A stretch of DNA of 64,000 bases, taken from Methanocaldococcus indicus. GTDB taxonomy: Archaea; AGJL01; Methanococci; Methanococcales; Methanocaldococcaceae. How positions within the stretch are numbered: position 1 is the stretch's first letter; each line of letters begins with the position of its first letter. The notes under the pieces are model-generated. The model worked only from the letters and a program-made list of their open reading frames with translations. It did not search any database and was not told the origin of the DNA. Where the stretch lies: the NCBI RefSeq assembly GCF_049554935.1, contig NZ_CP186926.1, forward strand, positions 800,001 to 864,000, written 5' to 3'. This document shows positions 63,704 to 64,000 of this stretch, one piece after another. The position numbers were made by a program, and so were the translations under genes.

Positions 63704-64000
63704 AACCTCTCACAAAAGTTTTTGATTTAAATAATTATTGTCCATTCTAAATATACCTATTTTTTCGTTAATTGTCTAAATTTGGATTTATTAATTTATC
63801 CTTTTAATTTTTAAAAAAAGTGAATCAAACAATAAAATATTATAAACATTGTGAATCAAAAAATATTTCTTATAAAATCTCTTTTAAATTTTCTCAAAAA
63901 TAAACTTTAATAAAATCATAAAAAATATATAAACTATTCTCATGAAATAAAGTTAATTTTAATTCTTCTCAATAGAATAATCTTACTGACCACACATATA

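Overview
Very AT-rich, gene-dense chromosomal segment from a hyperthermophilic methanogenic archaeon. Gene content and protein sequences point to Methanocaldococcus or a close Methanococcales relative (inference). Most of the window is housekeeping: the cbiMNQO cobalt ECF transporter, aCPSF1/FttA, psmB, proS, purine/pyrimidine/His/riboflavin/CoA/methanofuran enzymes, pycAB, an rpo7-spt4-ribosomal protein cluster, GINS, nine tRNA genes and one 5S rRNA. The main accessory element is an ~11.4 kb minus-strand defence-like operon (46724-58111): SNF2 helicase with a DUF3883-type nuclease, DUF1156 DNA methyltransferase and DUF499 ATPase. Three extra genes sit inside it: a two-TM coiled-coil protein and two tandem archaeal ATPase paralogs. 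An internally deleted DASS/SLC13 transporter pseudogene flanks it. Other signals read directly from the DNA: two tandem NikR-type palindromes before a siderophore/B12-type ABC importer, an NrpR-type operator before an orphan amino-acid binding lipoprotein, a divergent RPA-like OB-fold gene pair, and an spt4 gene missed by the ORF track. All calls come from motif recognition by eye; no searches were run.
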